Part shown: positions 1 to 13,100 of the stretch, piece after piece
Layout of the letters: each line of letters begins with the position of its first letter
Position numbering within the stretch: position 1 is the first letter of the stretch
Source: Lytechinus pictus
Taxonomy: Eukaryota
Length of the DNA stretch: 64,000 bases
Direction: 5' to 3'
Assembly: GCF_037042905.1 (NCBI RefSeq)
Contig: NC_087251.1
Location: forward strand, 48,176,001-48,240,000
Translations under genes and position numbers: made by a program
The notes under the pieces: generated by a model
What the model was told of the DNA's origin: nothing
Databases searched by the model: none
What the model saw: the letters and a program-made list of their open reading frames with translations, nothing else

Positions 1-519
1 CATTTCTTTCTCTTTTTCCCTTCTTCTTCTTCTCTTCCTCCTTCTACTCCATCTTCACCTGATTTTCTCCGAGTGTGTATCGTTTAGCTCATCTCCAGAG
101 TTAATAGCAAAATGGTATGAACCTGACTAAATATACTTCGAATTGTCAGCCTTCAATTTGGGAGATTATCTGATATTCTGCTCATGATTTCAGGAGATAT
201 CTAGTATATTTGTCAGCAAAGAGATTTGCCAGCAGAGAGATCTTTTTTATCTGTTTTAATGGCCAAATCGATCTCAACGACAATAGAGACAAATCGAAGA
301 CATAGCATAACGCTTAACACTAAAAAAAAAATCGGATATGAGATAATTTTCCTTTTAGCAAATCATTCTCGGAAAATTCAGATCTGACAAGTTGTCAGAT
401 GATGCAATAAAAGTCTCCCCTGGCCTGCGCATGTATGCAAAGGAGGAAGCCGATGACGTAGGCATATAGTATGTCGTGTTGCATCTATTACGTAAAACAT
501 TTCAGATTTTATAGCCTTG

Positions 520-3500
520 TAGTAGAGCGGATTAGCTCCAAAAATCACAACAATTGTGCAAATTTTGACTAAAGCATGAAACTTTCACAAGTATTAGTAT
601 ATGCCATAAGATTTATTTTAAAGATGGGAGGTAAATTTATAAATGCCATTTTCGGCCGTTGCCATGGCAACGGATTAATTTCTCCAAAACAACATACATT
701 CCCATATAAATGGTATATAAACATGATATAGATGACCAAAATGATAATTTTCAGGCTCCCAATTGAATACATATGAAATTTAGAAATATTCAAGATCATC
801 AAGATAGTTCCAATTGGTCCGTTGCCATGGCAACGGCTTGTTTTTCCCCAGAAAAATAAACATTTTGATTAAAAAAAGTTGTAGAATATGATATATCTTT
901 AATTTCCCCTAATTTTACAGTGCTTAACAAAGATATTTTGGTTGCTAAATGTGTAAATTACATCTCAAGCCATTGCCATGGCAACCAAATAACATCTAAT
1001 TTACAAAAATAACATGGTTGTCAAGACAATGGATAGGTGGAAAATACAATTGGAATTGACTTAATCTGTATGCTTAAGTTTTGACCCCCTCATTTGAACA
1101 AAAAATACAAAATTGTTCTGCAGGAGTTCTTTATAAAGATAAAATATTATGTTGCTTTGGAAATGCTTGAATTGAGTTTAAAAAGGAACAATTTTACAAA
1201 GGGCCCGTTGCCATGGCAACAGCTTATTTCCCTCTAGAAAGGTAAAAATATTGATAAAAATGTAGAATACATGTACGGTATGATCATCATTCCATTTTCC
1301 CCAATTTCAAGGTACTAATCGAGATATGTTTGTGACTAAATTTATAAATATAACATCTTAAGCCATTGCCATGGCAACCAAATAACATCTAATTTTTTAA
1401 AAAAGTGGATGATAAGGTTAAAAACAGGTGAAAGATACAATGAATATTAACTTAATGTGCATTCGTAAGGTCTGACCTACTCAACTAATTTAGGGGAAAA
1501 TAATACAGTCAGTGTTCTGCTTGAACTAATTTAAATAATAAACATTGATGTTGCCTTGGTAATACTTGAATTCAACGATAAATATCAATGTTCCAAATGG
1601 CCTGTTGCCATAGCAACGGATCATTTACCCAAGAACAGTAGCAGTTTTGAATTTTTAAAAGGACTGTATAATCTGATTTTTCTTTCATTTCCCTTAACTT
1701 TAGGGTAAGAATAGATATGTTTGCTGTTAACATGCAAATAACATATAAATCCATTGTCATGGCAACCAAGTAACATCTAATTTGAAAAAAAAATTAACAT
1801 GGTTGACATGATAATGGACAGGTGGAAACTGCAATTTATAACAATTAACTCAAGGTTTGACCCAGTCATTTAATTTTGAACAAAGATTACAATGTTTCGC
1901 ATTAGTTCATTAGAATGATGAAATTTGAGGTTGCCTTGGTAATGCATGAAGTTAATGATAAATATCAATGTTGCAAATGGGCCGTTGCCATGGCAACAAC
2001 TTTTTTTTTCCAAGAAAAGCACCAAATTTGATCGAAAAACAGTTTAAAATCTGCATTTTGTCATAAATTTCCCCTAATTTTAGGATGCAAAGCATAGATA
2101 TGTTTGCTGTTGATGTACAAATAACTTCAGCCATTGCCATGACAACCAAATAACATCTAATTTCAGTGGCTTAATTTGGTTTCTATGTTTTAAGGGTGAA
2201 GTAGTACATTAGGACTAGTTACAAGGACAGCCAGTGGTCTGACGTGTCCAAAACCCTAAGACGGCTTCCAAAAATGGAGTTTGAAATGGCTGTTGATATA
2301 TAAATGGACATATAGGTCATTTCCTATCAATCTGAGATATATGATTTTGGTGTCTAGACCATGGTTTCAATGGTCAAATAATACACTATCACAAGTTGAA
2401 TGGACAGTCAGTTGTCCATTATATAAAAAAATCCAAGATGGCTTCCAAAAATGGAGTCTAAAATTGCTGTTGCTGCATTAAAAAAGTAGTTTGTTTGATA
2501 TCCTGGAATATGTTTATGTCATGGTTAAATGGGTCAAATAATACATTAGGACAAGTAACAAGGACAGTCAGTGGTCAAGTTTGTCCAAAAATCCAAGGTG
2601 GCTTCCAAAAATGGAATAGCTCCTGTTACTAACAAATTGACATATTTCGTGTAATATATGTCAGTAAATACATCATGTACATTTGAACAAGTTACAAGGA
2701 CAGTCCGTAATCTAGTGTGTCTAAACATCCAAGATGGCTTCCGACAATTGGAGTCTAATCGGAGTCTGTTACTTAAAAGTTGACATAGTTCATTTAAAAT
2801 CCACCAATAATTTTTTTTTTTTGGTGTTCACACTTTGGTTTCAAGGTTTTAAAAATATGTTTAGACTGGTTACAATGATATCCAGTTGTCCATTTTTTCC
2901 TAAAAATCCAAGAGGATTTTCAAAATGGCATCTAAAATGACTTATATCACTCAGAAATTATCTGAGTTCATACAACATCAACATGTGAGAAACATTTTTG
3001 GTGTCTACACTGTGGTATGAAGGGTCCACTATTACATTAGGACAAGTAACAAGGATGGTTAGTTATCAATTTTGTCCAAAATCCAAGGTAGATTCTAAAA
3101 TTACATCAATGGGTGCTGTTGCCAACTCTTACCTGCTTGCATTTTGAATGTAGGCACCAACATTATTTCTCACAAGTGGATATTACATCCACTTCAAAGT
3201 AACAGTTGTCATTTTAGAACCCATTTATGGAAGCCATCTTGGATTTTCAGGCAAAATTGACAATTGTAACCAGTCCCAAAGTATAATTTGATCCTTGAAA
3301 CCCTAGTGTAGACACCAAAATAATATCACCAGGTGTATTTTTGATGTACTATGTCCATTTTTTAGTAACATTATAACCCCCATTTTTCAAGCCATCTTTG
3401 AATTTTTTGACACAATAATGACACCTGACTGTCCTTTCAACTTGACCAAATGTACAGTATTACTTGACTCTTTAAATACTAGTGTAGACATCAAAATCAT

Positions 3501-6500
3501 ATCCCCATATTATATTATTAATGAACTATATTATGTCCATATTGAAGTACCAACAGTCAATTTAGACCCCATTTTGGAGGCCATCTTGGATTTGTTAACA
3601 TACCAGTCCACTGACTGTCCTCGTAACTTATTCTAATGCATTAAACCATGGTTTTATGATTATGGTTTAGACATCAAAATCATATTCCCCAGACAGATAT
3701 TGAACAAACTATGTCCTAATTTATTATTTGACTCTTGAAAATATGGTTTAGACACCAGAATCACATCTCACAGGCGGATATAGAATAAGCTCTGCCAATT
3801 TTTAAGTAACAACAGTCAATTTTAGACCCCATTTTGTAAGCCATCTTGCGTTTTTTAACATACCAAACCACCGACTGTCCTTGTAACTTGTCCTAATGCA
3901 TTACTTGACCCTTTAAAATATGGTTTAGACACCAAAATCATATTCCCCAGACAGATATTGAACAAACTATGTCCTAATTTATTATTTGACTCTTGAAAAT
4001 ATGGTTTAGACACCAGAATCACATCTCACAGGCGGATATAGAATAAGCTCTGCCAATTTTTAAGTAACAACAGTCAATTTTAGACCCCATTTTGTAAGCC
4101 ATCTTGCGTTTTTTAACATACCAAACCACCGACTGTCCTTGTAACTTGTCCTAATGCATTACTTGACCCTTTAAAATATGGTTTAGACACCAAAATCATA
4201 TTCCCCAGACAGATATTGAACAAACTATGTTTATTTGTAAGCAACATTAGACATTGTTTTATATTTTTTTTGGAAGCCATCTTGGAATTTTGGACATACA
4301 AGACCACTGACTGTCCGTGTAGCTTGTCCTTATGTATTATTCGCCTTTGAAATCATAGTTTAGACACCAAAATCATATCTCACAGGTGAATATAAAATGA
4401 GCTATTCCACTTTTAAGTATCAGCAGCCATTTTATAATTATTTTCGGAAGCCATATTGGATTTTCGGACATACTTGACTGTCGTTGTAACTTGTCCTAAT
4501 ATTATTAGACTCTTGAAACCAATGATTTAAAGTCAAAATCACTTCCCCTAGGCCAATATGAAATGAGCTACGTCCGCTTTAGGTATCAGCAACCATTTTA
4601 GATTTAATTGTTTGAAGCCAACTTATGTTTTTGGACATTCCAGACCACTGGCTGTCCCTGTAACTTGGCCCTATGTACTATTGATCCTTAATAACCAATG
4701 AATAAAAAACAAATTAAAGCCATTTTATCAAGTAATGGATGAGTTGTGGATTTTTAGCCTACGGCAGCCAGTGAGGGCACCATCTTGGATTTTCCTGTTA
4801 CCCTGGAGTACTTAATTTTTCTTTTCAACCTTTCAACCAGTAAGGGTATTTTTAAAAATTTAAATATTTTAATAAGTCTACTTATCATGTAAAATTAGCA
4901 GTGAATAGATTATACTTCATGTTGATTAGATTCATAATTATGTTAATTCAAAAATTATCACAGTATTTCAAAATCTTCTTCGTCAAAATCTGTGATGTAT
5001 TTTGAGGGGTCCAGATATGATGTATTGAGTAAAATTAATTTTTAAAAGTTGTCAGCTAGCCCAGCGAAAGAGTAAAACTTTCGAAATTTTTCATTTTTTT
5101 TACAAAAATAAAATTTTGTAAAAGATTTTGGGTATAGTATTCGTAAAATAATCATATTTTATCCATCTCTCTTTCAGGTTCTCTTTATTTTTTTCTTGGT
5201 AATGATTTTTTTGGGGGGGAGTAGGGTTGCAGAATTTCCGGGAATTTTCTTGATGGAATCTTTTCATGGGAATAAACGGGAATTTGGTGGGAATTTTTGG
5301 AATTTTCGGCAATTTTCAAGAAATGATGGGAATTTTCAAAAAGTAACAATTTTCTGATATATGCAGAAATTAAAATGCGTACTAGCAGATGATACTTGAT
5401 AATTCTTTGTCATCAAATTTCGAGCCAAGTATTATGCTAAAACAGTCAGACAAAGCAAAATTTTAATGATTTCCATGTAAAAGTTGATTTACTGTATTTA
5501 CATTGATTAGGAGCTCAAGACCATGTCAACTCCTCAGATAGACTTTTGATTTTGATTTATCAACGCCTATTATCCCCTTATATATTGATATGATGAACGG
5601 CCTTAAAGCACAAATCACACCAAGACGCTTTCTTCAAAATGGCAGCCTGCGAATACTTTGAACGAAATTGACCAGCCTCGAAATTAGAGTTTCGGGAATT
5701 TATTTGAGCCCAAAAAAGTCTGATAAGATTTTTGTAGGTCTTATTTCGATGCCATGTATAACGAAATAAGATGGTGCTTATCATTTAGCATATTTATGTT
5801 CAGCACCCTCAAATAAGGGACAAGGAAATAAAATAAACATATTATTTTTATCAAAATTTGTACTTTTAAGGGACCATTGGCAACATTGATATTTATCATT
5901 ATGTTCAAGCATTACCAAATCAACATATCGTAAGAAATCATGCATAACACTTAATGTGATTTTAAAATTAAAATAGTAGGTCAAACCTTACGCATATTAA
6001 GTTAATTTTATTGTATTTTCCACCTGTCCATTATCTTGTCAGCCATGTTATTTTTTGGTAAATTAAATGTTATTTTATTGCCATGGTAATGCCTTAAGAT
6101 GTTATTTATACATTAAACAACAGAGATGTACGTGTATGTTTGGCACCCTAAATTTAGTAGAATTGAATGAAAAATAAGATTCTACAAGGTATTTTTTATC
6201 AAAGATGGTATTTTAGGGGGAATAAAATGACCCGTTGCCATGGGAACAGAACACACATTTGTAAACATTGATATCAATAAATTCAAGCATTACCAAGGCA
6301 ACATCAGTTTTTATCATGCTAATGAACTCATGCGGAACACTTACTGTATTTTTTGTTCAAAACTTAATGACTGGTCAAAGTCAAACCTTATGTAGATTAA
6401 GTAAATCTTTACTTTACATTCCACCTGTCCATTATCATTACAACTGTGTTAGTTTGTTTTAAATATTATATCTTAATTGGTTGCCATGACAATGGCTGAA

Positions 6501-8101
6501 GATGTTATTTATTTATTAACAGCAAGCATATATATGCTTAGCTCCCTAAAATTGGGGCAAATGAAATAAAAATCAGATTTTACAATTTTTTTGTTTATCA
6601 AACATGATACTTTTCTGGGGGGAATGAGCTGTTGCCATGGCAACGGGACTTTTGAAACACTAATATTTATCATTAAATTCAAGTATTACCAAGGCAACAT
6701 AATTTTATTATTCTGATGAACTCATACAGAACTCTTACTGAAATTTTTGTTCGAAATCAAATAACCGGCCAAACCTTTCGTATATTGAGTTATTTGTATT
6801 TGTATTTTCCACCTGTCCAAAATCTTGTCATCCAAATCATTATTTTTTAGTATTAGATATTATCTGGTTGCCATGGCAATAGCTTCAGATGTTATTTATA
6901 CATTTTGCATCAAACATATCGATGTTTAGCACACAAAGATTAGGGGAAATGCAAGAAAAATCAGATTCTACAGTCCCTTTTTTAATCAAATACTGATACT
7001 AAATGATCTGTTGCTATGGCAACAGGCCATTTTGAATATTGATATTTATTGTTGAATTCAAGTATTACCAAGGCAACATCAATGTTTATCATTCTAATTT
7101 AGTTCATGCAGAACACTGACTGTATTATTTTCCCCTAAATCAATTGAGTAGGTCAGACCTTACGAATGCACATTAAGTTAATATTCATTGTATCTTTCAC
7201 CTGTTTTTAACCTTATCATCCACTTTTTTAAAAAAATTGATGTTATTTGGTTGCCATGGCAATGGCTTAAGATGTTATATTTATAAAATTTAGTCACAAA
7301 CATATCTCGATTAGTACCTTGAAATTAGGGAAAATGGAATGATGATCTTACTGTACATGTATTTTACATTTTTATCAATATTTTTACCTTTCTAGAGGGA
7401 AATAAGATGTTGCCATGGCAACGGGTCCTTTGCAAAATTGTTTATTTTTAAATTTAATTCAAGCTTTACCAAGGCAACATTAATTTTCATCTTTATAAAG
7501 AACTCCTGCAGAACACTTCCTGTATTTTTTGTTCAAATGAGGGGGTCAAATCTTAAGCATACAGATTAAGTTAATTCCACTTGTATTTTCCACCTGTCCA
7601 TTGTCTTGTCAAACATGTTATTTTTGTAAATTAGATGTTATTTGGTTGCCATGGCAATGGCTTGAGATGTAATTTACACATTTAGCAACCAAAATATCTT
7701 CGATAAGCACTGTAAAGTTAGGGGAAATTAAAGATAAATCATATTCTACAACGTTTTCTTAATCAAAATTTTTACTTTTTGGGGGAAAAACAAGCCGTTG
7801 CCATGGCAACGGACCAATTGGAACTATCTTGATGATCTTGAATATTTCTAAATTTCATATGCATTCAATTGGGAGCCTGAAAATTATCATTTTGGTCATC
7901 TATATCATGTTTATTTACCATTTACATGGGAATGCATGTTATTTTGGAGAAATTAGTCCGTTGCCATGGCAACGGCCGAAAATGGCATTTATAAATTTAC
8001 CTCCCATCTTTAAAATAAATCTTACGGCATATACTAATACTTGTGAAAGTTTCATGCTTTAGTCAAAATTTGCACAATTGTTCGGCTAATCCGCTCTACT
8101 A
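520..8101. mobile_element. 7.6-kb non-autonomous foldback DNA transposon, Academ-like
   Basis: Ends TAGTAGAGCGGATTAGC (520) and GCTAATCCGCTCTACTA (8101), with TTG on both flanks (517-519, 8102-8104). Highly similar inverted arms of about 1.15 kb (520-~1690 vs ~6940-8101) are extended by diverged ~390-bp units. No transposase ORF. Confidence 0.85.
3661..4230. repeat. Near-perfect 258-bp tandem duplication inside the foldback element
   Basis: tatggtttagaca(t/c)caaaatcatattcccc recurs at 3661, 3919 and 4177. Confidence 0.9.
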
Positions 8102-8995
8102 TTGGTAATTAAGAAGATTACGAATCCTAACAAGGATATTAAATATCGTATTGCCAAGAAAAATAATAAACTTACAAGCCATTTTCGGAAATGGAGATTT
8201 AAGTTGTAAGATATTCTATCATCAATTTTTGTTACTGAAGAAAATCTTAATATGCCTTCTGAGGATGGAATTTTGTTAATCTTCAATAATAGGTGAATCA
8301 CCTGATTTTTATCCCTCTGTTATTACATTCTTGCCTTTACTATACTATAGGCCTATAGGGGATGAGGAATACTTAGAAGAGACAAAGTGACTGCTTTTAC
8401 TACATGTTTATCAAGTATTATCTGTTGATAAGCTGTACTTTTTCTAATGTAAACTAAAAATGTGTATGCTGCTTTTTTTCTTTTTTTTATTTATTTATTC
8501 TGTTATATTTTAAATTACTTGTATTAATTATACGTGATTTGTTATACAAAATTATGAAAACCCAATAAAAACTTTAAAAAAAAGAAGATTACGAATAAAA
8601 ATAAACCTAACAATGATGAGGTATCATCAGGAATCGAACACGGTTTTATATCGTTGAAGGAAAATAAGATATTTCAAATAATAATACATATCATAACGAT
8701 AACAAGATAGTGAATGCATTACCCATAAGACCCCATTCTGGTAGTCTAAAACCTCATCCCGTCACACCAAGAAAACTGACTCCAAACTGACCAACGATAT
8801 ATGGTTATGGTAATGAGGTATATTTTGTTCGGGCTGGAGTCGGTTTTGCCGGGGTAACTGTGGCACTAGTCAAACGATTTGGGTTGTTTCATCTCGTCTA
8901 TAGATTTGGTGATTTTCAAACTTGTGATAAAACCAAAGGATGAATAACAGTCCTTGTGCATAGTCAATATCAAATTTCATACTTTTTGGTAAAAC

Positions 8996-9396
8996 TTACG
9001 ACTACTACTACTACGACTACTACTACTACCACTACTACCACTACTACCACTAGCGTAATCTACGGGGGGGGGGGGGGGGGGGCAGAGGGGGCAGTCTGCC
9101 CCCCCCCCCCTGACGAGCCACAACCCATGCAAAGGACGTATCCCTGCCCCCCCCCCCCCTGACGAGCTTGAAGACCTTTATTGCCCTCCTGACGAGCTTT
9201 TTTTTTTTTTTTTTTGCTTGTCAAATTTTTTTTCTGGTACCAAATCCTTCATTTATGATTGAAGACCCTTTTTTTTTTTTTGGCTTGTCACATTTTTTGG
9301 CGGACGGTTTTGCCCCCCTGTGAAAAATCCCAGGTACGCCACTGACTACTACTACTACTACTACTACTACTGCTACTATTACTACTACTACTAGGC

Positions 9397-9457
<61 letters not shown>

Positions 9458-9462
9458 CACTA

Positions 9463-9516
<54 letters not shown>

Positions 9517-9639
9517 TTACTACTACTACTACTACTACTACTATTACTACCACTACTACTACTTCTACTACTACTACTACTACTACAACAACAACTACTA
9601 CTACTACTACTACTGCTGCTACTACTATAACTACTACTT

Positions 9640-9684
<45 letters not shown>

Positions 9685-9685
9685 T

Positions 9686-9751
<66 letters not shown>

Positions 9752-9812
9752 CACTACTACTACTACTACTAATACTACTACTACTACTTCTACTACTACT
9801 TCTACCACTACA

Positions 9813-9843
<31 letters not shown>

Positions 9844-9891
9844 TAACTACTACTTCTACTATTACTACTACTACTACTACTACTACCACTC

Positions 9892-9958
<67 letters not shown>

Positions 9959-10098
9959 CACTATTACTACTACTACTACTACTACTACTACCACTACTAC
10001 TACTACCACTACTACTACTACAACTACTACTACTACAACAACAACAACTACTACTACTACTACTACTTCTACTGCTGCTGCTGCTGTATACTACTATA

Positions 10099-10138
<40 letters not shown>

Positions 10139-10140
10139 TT
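8996..10140. repeat. (ACT)n microsatellite, about 1.1 kb, interrupted by a MITE
   Basis: Directly visible; source of the poly-V/T/S pseudo-ORFs. Confidence 0.98.
9048..9344. mobile_element. hAT-like MITE with G/C homopolymer runs inside (ACT)n
   Basis: Termini CACTAGCGTA..TACGCCACTG; both flanks read ACTACTAC. Confidence 0.7.
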
Positions 10141-13100
10141 TCTTCTACTAATACTTCTGCCACCACTGCTGGCATTGCTGCTGCTTTTATTACAATCATG
10201 GCTACTAATTAAGCTGCTGTTCCTTTTCCATATATTCATTATATTTCTCTTCCTTCTTCCTCTTATTCTGCGAAGCAATCAGTCAATAAAAAGAGCGAAC
10301 GACATTTAATCATCGGAAAGATTTTTATTTCGGCAGTGTGAAACGTTGGACAAAGCTGACGTGCGAAAATTAGAAAATCGGAAAGGATGAAATTAATATC
10401 AGACAAATAATATCCGATCATCCCTTTCTGCGCGCTTTCTTCCAAAATAGGACCGTGATGGCAATATTGACATCAGTAACCGAAGACATTGCCAAATTTG
10501 TTTCATGCACACGAGCTGCAATGGTATCAAAAGGTGATATATGATGAGTGTGTATTTGTGCACCTTTCAGATCATTGACGATGCGAAAAGTATTCAAAAT
10601 CTCTGAGCGCTATAAATGTCATGCAATTCCTTGCTCCGGTGTTCATGTCGGCAATCGGATGCCAAGATTTCAATCTTTATGAAATAAAAAAGAAGAGAAA
10701 AGTAAGAAACAACGACATTGTAAATAAAAAGAAATATTCCACTTTTTCACTACTTCAATAACTTGTCCACTCTCTCTTCCTCTCGTTCTTTAAAATCGCC
10801 AAAAAAACAATTAATGAAATGAATATTCGTGTACCTGAAATTCCCTGAAAAAAATTAAGGAAAAAAAAAAAAAAAGGTTTCACTATCAAAGGTTTGCTAA
10901 TTGTTACAAATTTCAAATATAACGAACAACCCCGTTGCCCCATTTATCATGTCTATGGATTCGTAATAATGCTGACCGCTACCCACCTATCACTATTGTA
11001 AATAAAGGATTTTCTTTGACGTAACCATGAAGCCCTTATCTCACGAATTGCAACCTTTCATTTTCGCGATGTCCGTGGGAGGGGAAGGGCGCCACCAATA
11101 TGACGGTCAAATATATCAATTTCAACAAAAGCAACAGTAGTTTTGCGTACGGAGTGAGACAGTGTACATAAATGATTCTTGATATTGAATACATCTTATC
11201 TGTGGATGTTGTTTATTTATGACAAAGGGTTGAAAGAAGCGTTAAAATGATCTATCCAAGTATTTGATCGCCTATTCGAAGGTTGTCAAATAAAATTGTC
11301 ATTTTATAATGCTTCCTTCGACCTCTTTTAATGCAATATGAAACAGAGAGAAATTGCAAATAATCACTGATAATGAAATACGTCAGCAGGAGAGGATTAT
11401 GTCTGTTTTTCTTTGTAAAAAAATACAAGCGATGGAACATCAATGTTTTCAATCTTGCTATTACTTTCATTTCCAGAGGAAATCAACCATGAGTTGATTT
11501 CGTATCAAAATAGCTACTGATATCATATTTATTATTCTTATTTCATGAGATAGTACTGTGTAAACATAAATTGACGAACAACCGGGAAATTGATATTTAA
11601 GAACATTACACCGAAACAGAGATATACTTTAATGTTTAAATATCGAAAGATCCCCTAAGTAAAAAAAAATATATAATTTGAGTAAAATTGAATCATGATG
11701 ATCTCCAATATATGGTCTCTCGACCACAATGAGAAATGTGTCCTCACTGTCCGAATATTAGAAATCTAAAATTCACCTGGGGGCGTTTCATGAAAAGTTT
11801 TGTGATTGACCTTCAATGACTAATTTGCTCTAAAACAATCAGTTGCAAGGACTTGCAGTAGCTCAAAACAATATTAAATGGAAATCAGTGAAAACTGATT
11901 CCATGAAATGCTCCCCTTGTGACACTACTAGAAATCGATAAGTTACCATCTACTTTAGATTAAAAAAGAAATTAAAACTGAGGGGGAATGTAGGAACTGA
12001 AATTATGGTAAAATAGGCTTTTCCGTCCAAAATGATTATAATTTTGTTTTGACCTGATATATATAAACATAATACCAGGGGCGGCATCACTTTTTTTTTT
12101 TGGGGGGGTGCAATATGACATATCGAACGTCACATTTTTTTCTCAATTTGATTATTGGATATTATAGAGTAAATACGGCCTAGAAATCTTAATGTTATGC
12201 TCTTTTATAGTTGCGTAATGAGCCCAAAATTTTGAGGGGCCAGATATTGCGTATTGGGCGAAATCAATAGTTTATAGTCATATTTAAATTTAGACATTTT
12301 TATTACAAAATCAAATTTTGTGATAGATTTTGACATAAGATTCAGAAAATAGTATTATATTTTACCCTTTTCTCTCTCTCTCTCTCTTGGGGAAGGGGCA
12401 AGCACCTCCAATCTGTTAGTACGCCACTGATCTTTTTCATTCTTTCTCCCTCTTTTTCTTTTTTCACTACTAAAAAAATCATAAGGGGTGGTCGCCTCCT
12501 GCTCTCACCTGGGGCACTACCCCTGAATAATATAGGTTAAGACGCTTAAGGTTCCTGGGATAATACTTGGTAACTTGTAGACAGTCGGTGCAATATGGTT
12601 CCATGTAATGTGGTATTATAAGTGTTGGTAGGGGATATTGAATAAAGAAAATGTATTGATTAACTAGAACTTTTACTGTTTGTTCAAATGTGCCAAAATA
12701 ATTTAGCTCAAATTTCAATACCTATGGTCATGGATTGTAGAATATAAGTAAGGATTAATGCAGTTTTATAGTAATCTGCGAAGTGCAATAATTTAATACC
12801 GGCCAACCACTTCATTATCAAATTAATTTCTCTAATCATGAAAGTACAAACAAAAAATTGTGAAAGGGGTTCAGTACACTGGTGTGCAGATGGGGGGGGG
12901 GGGGGTCATGGACTCTAAAGAATTAAAGACCAAGAATAAAAGGATAAAAGGGAAGGAAATGGGGGTGAAATATGATATAATTCTTAGAAGATTATGTAAC
13001 AATCTAAAAAGGGCGAAATTGTTCGCTCGGCCGCAGCCTTTAAGAATTTATGCCCCATACGCCATATCTGGCCCCTCAACATTTTGGGCTCATTATGCTG

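Noticed and set aside
569..8062. Near-identical 77-aa ORFs at 569..802 (-) and 7829..8062 (+)
   Set aside because: They are a mirror-image by-product of the terminal inverted repeats; no recognisable domain or splice structure.
520..8101. Polinton/Maverick interpretation (AGTAG-like terminus, long TIRs)
   Set aside because: No 6-bp TSD (ccttgt vs attggt) and no polymerase, integrase or capsid ORFs; the 3-bp TTG duplication fits better.
9221..10278. Poly-Val/Ser/Thr ORFs, including the 262-aa ORF; likewise 61619-62287
   Set aside because: Translations of (ACT)n microsatellites.
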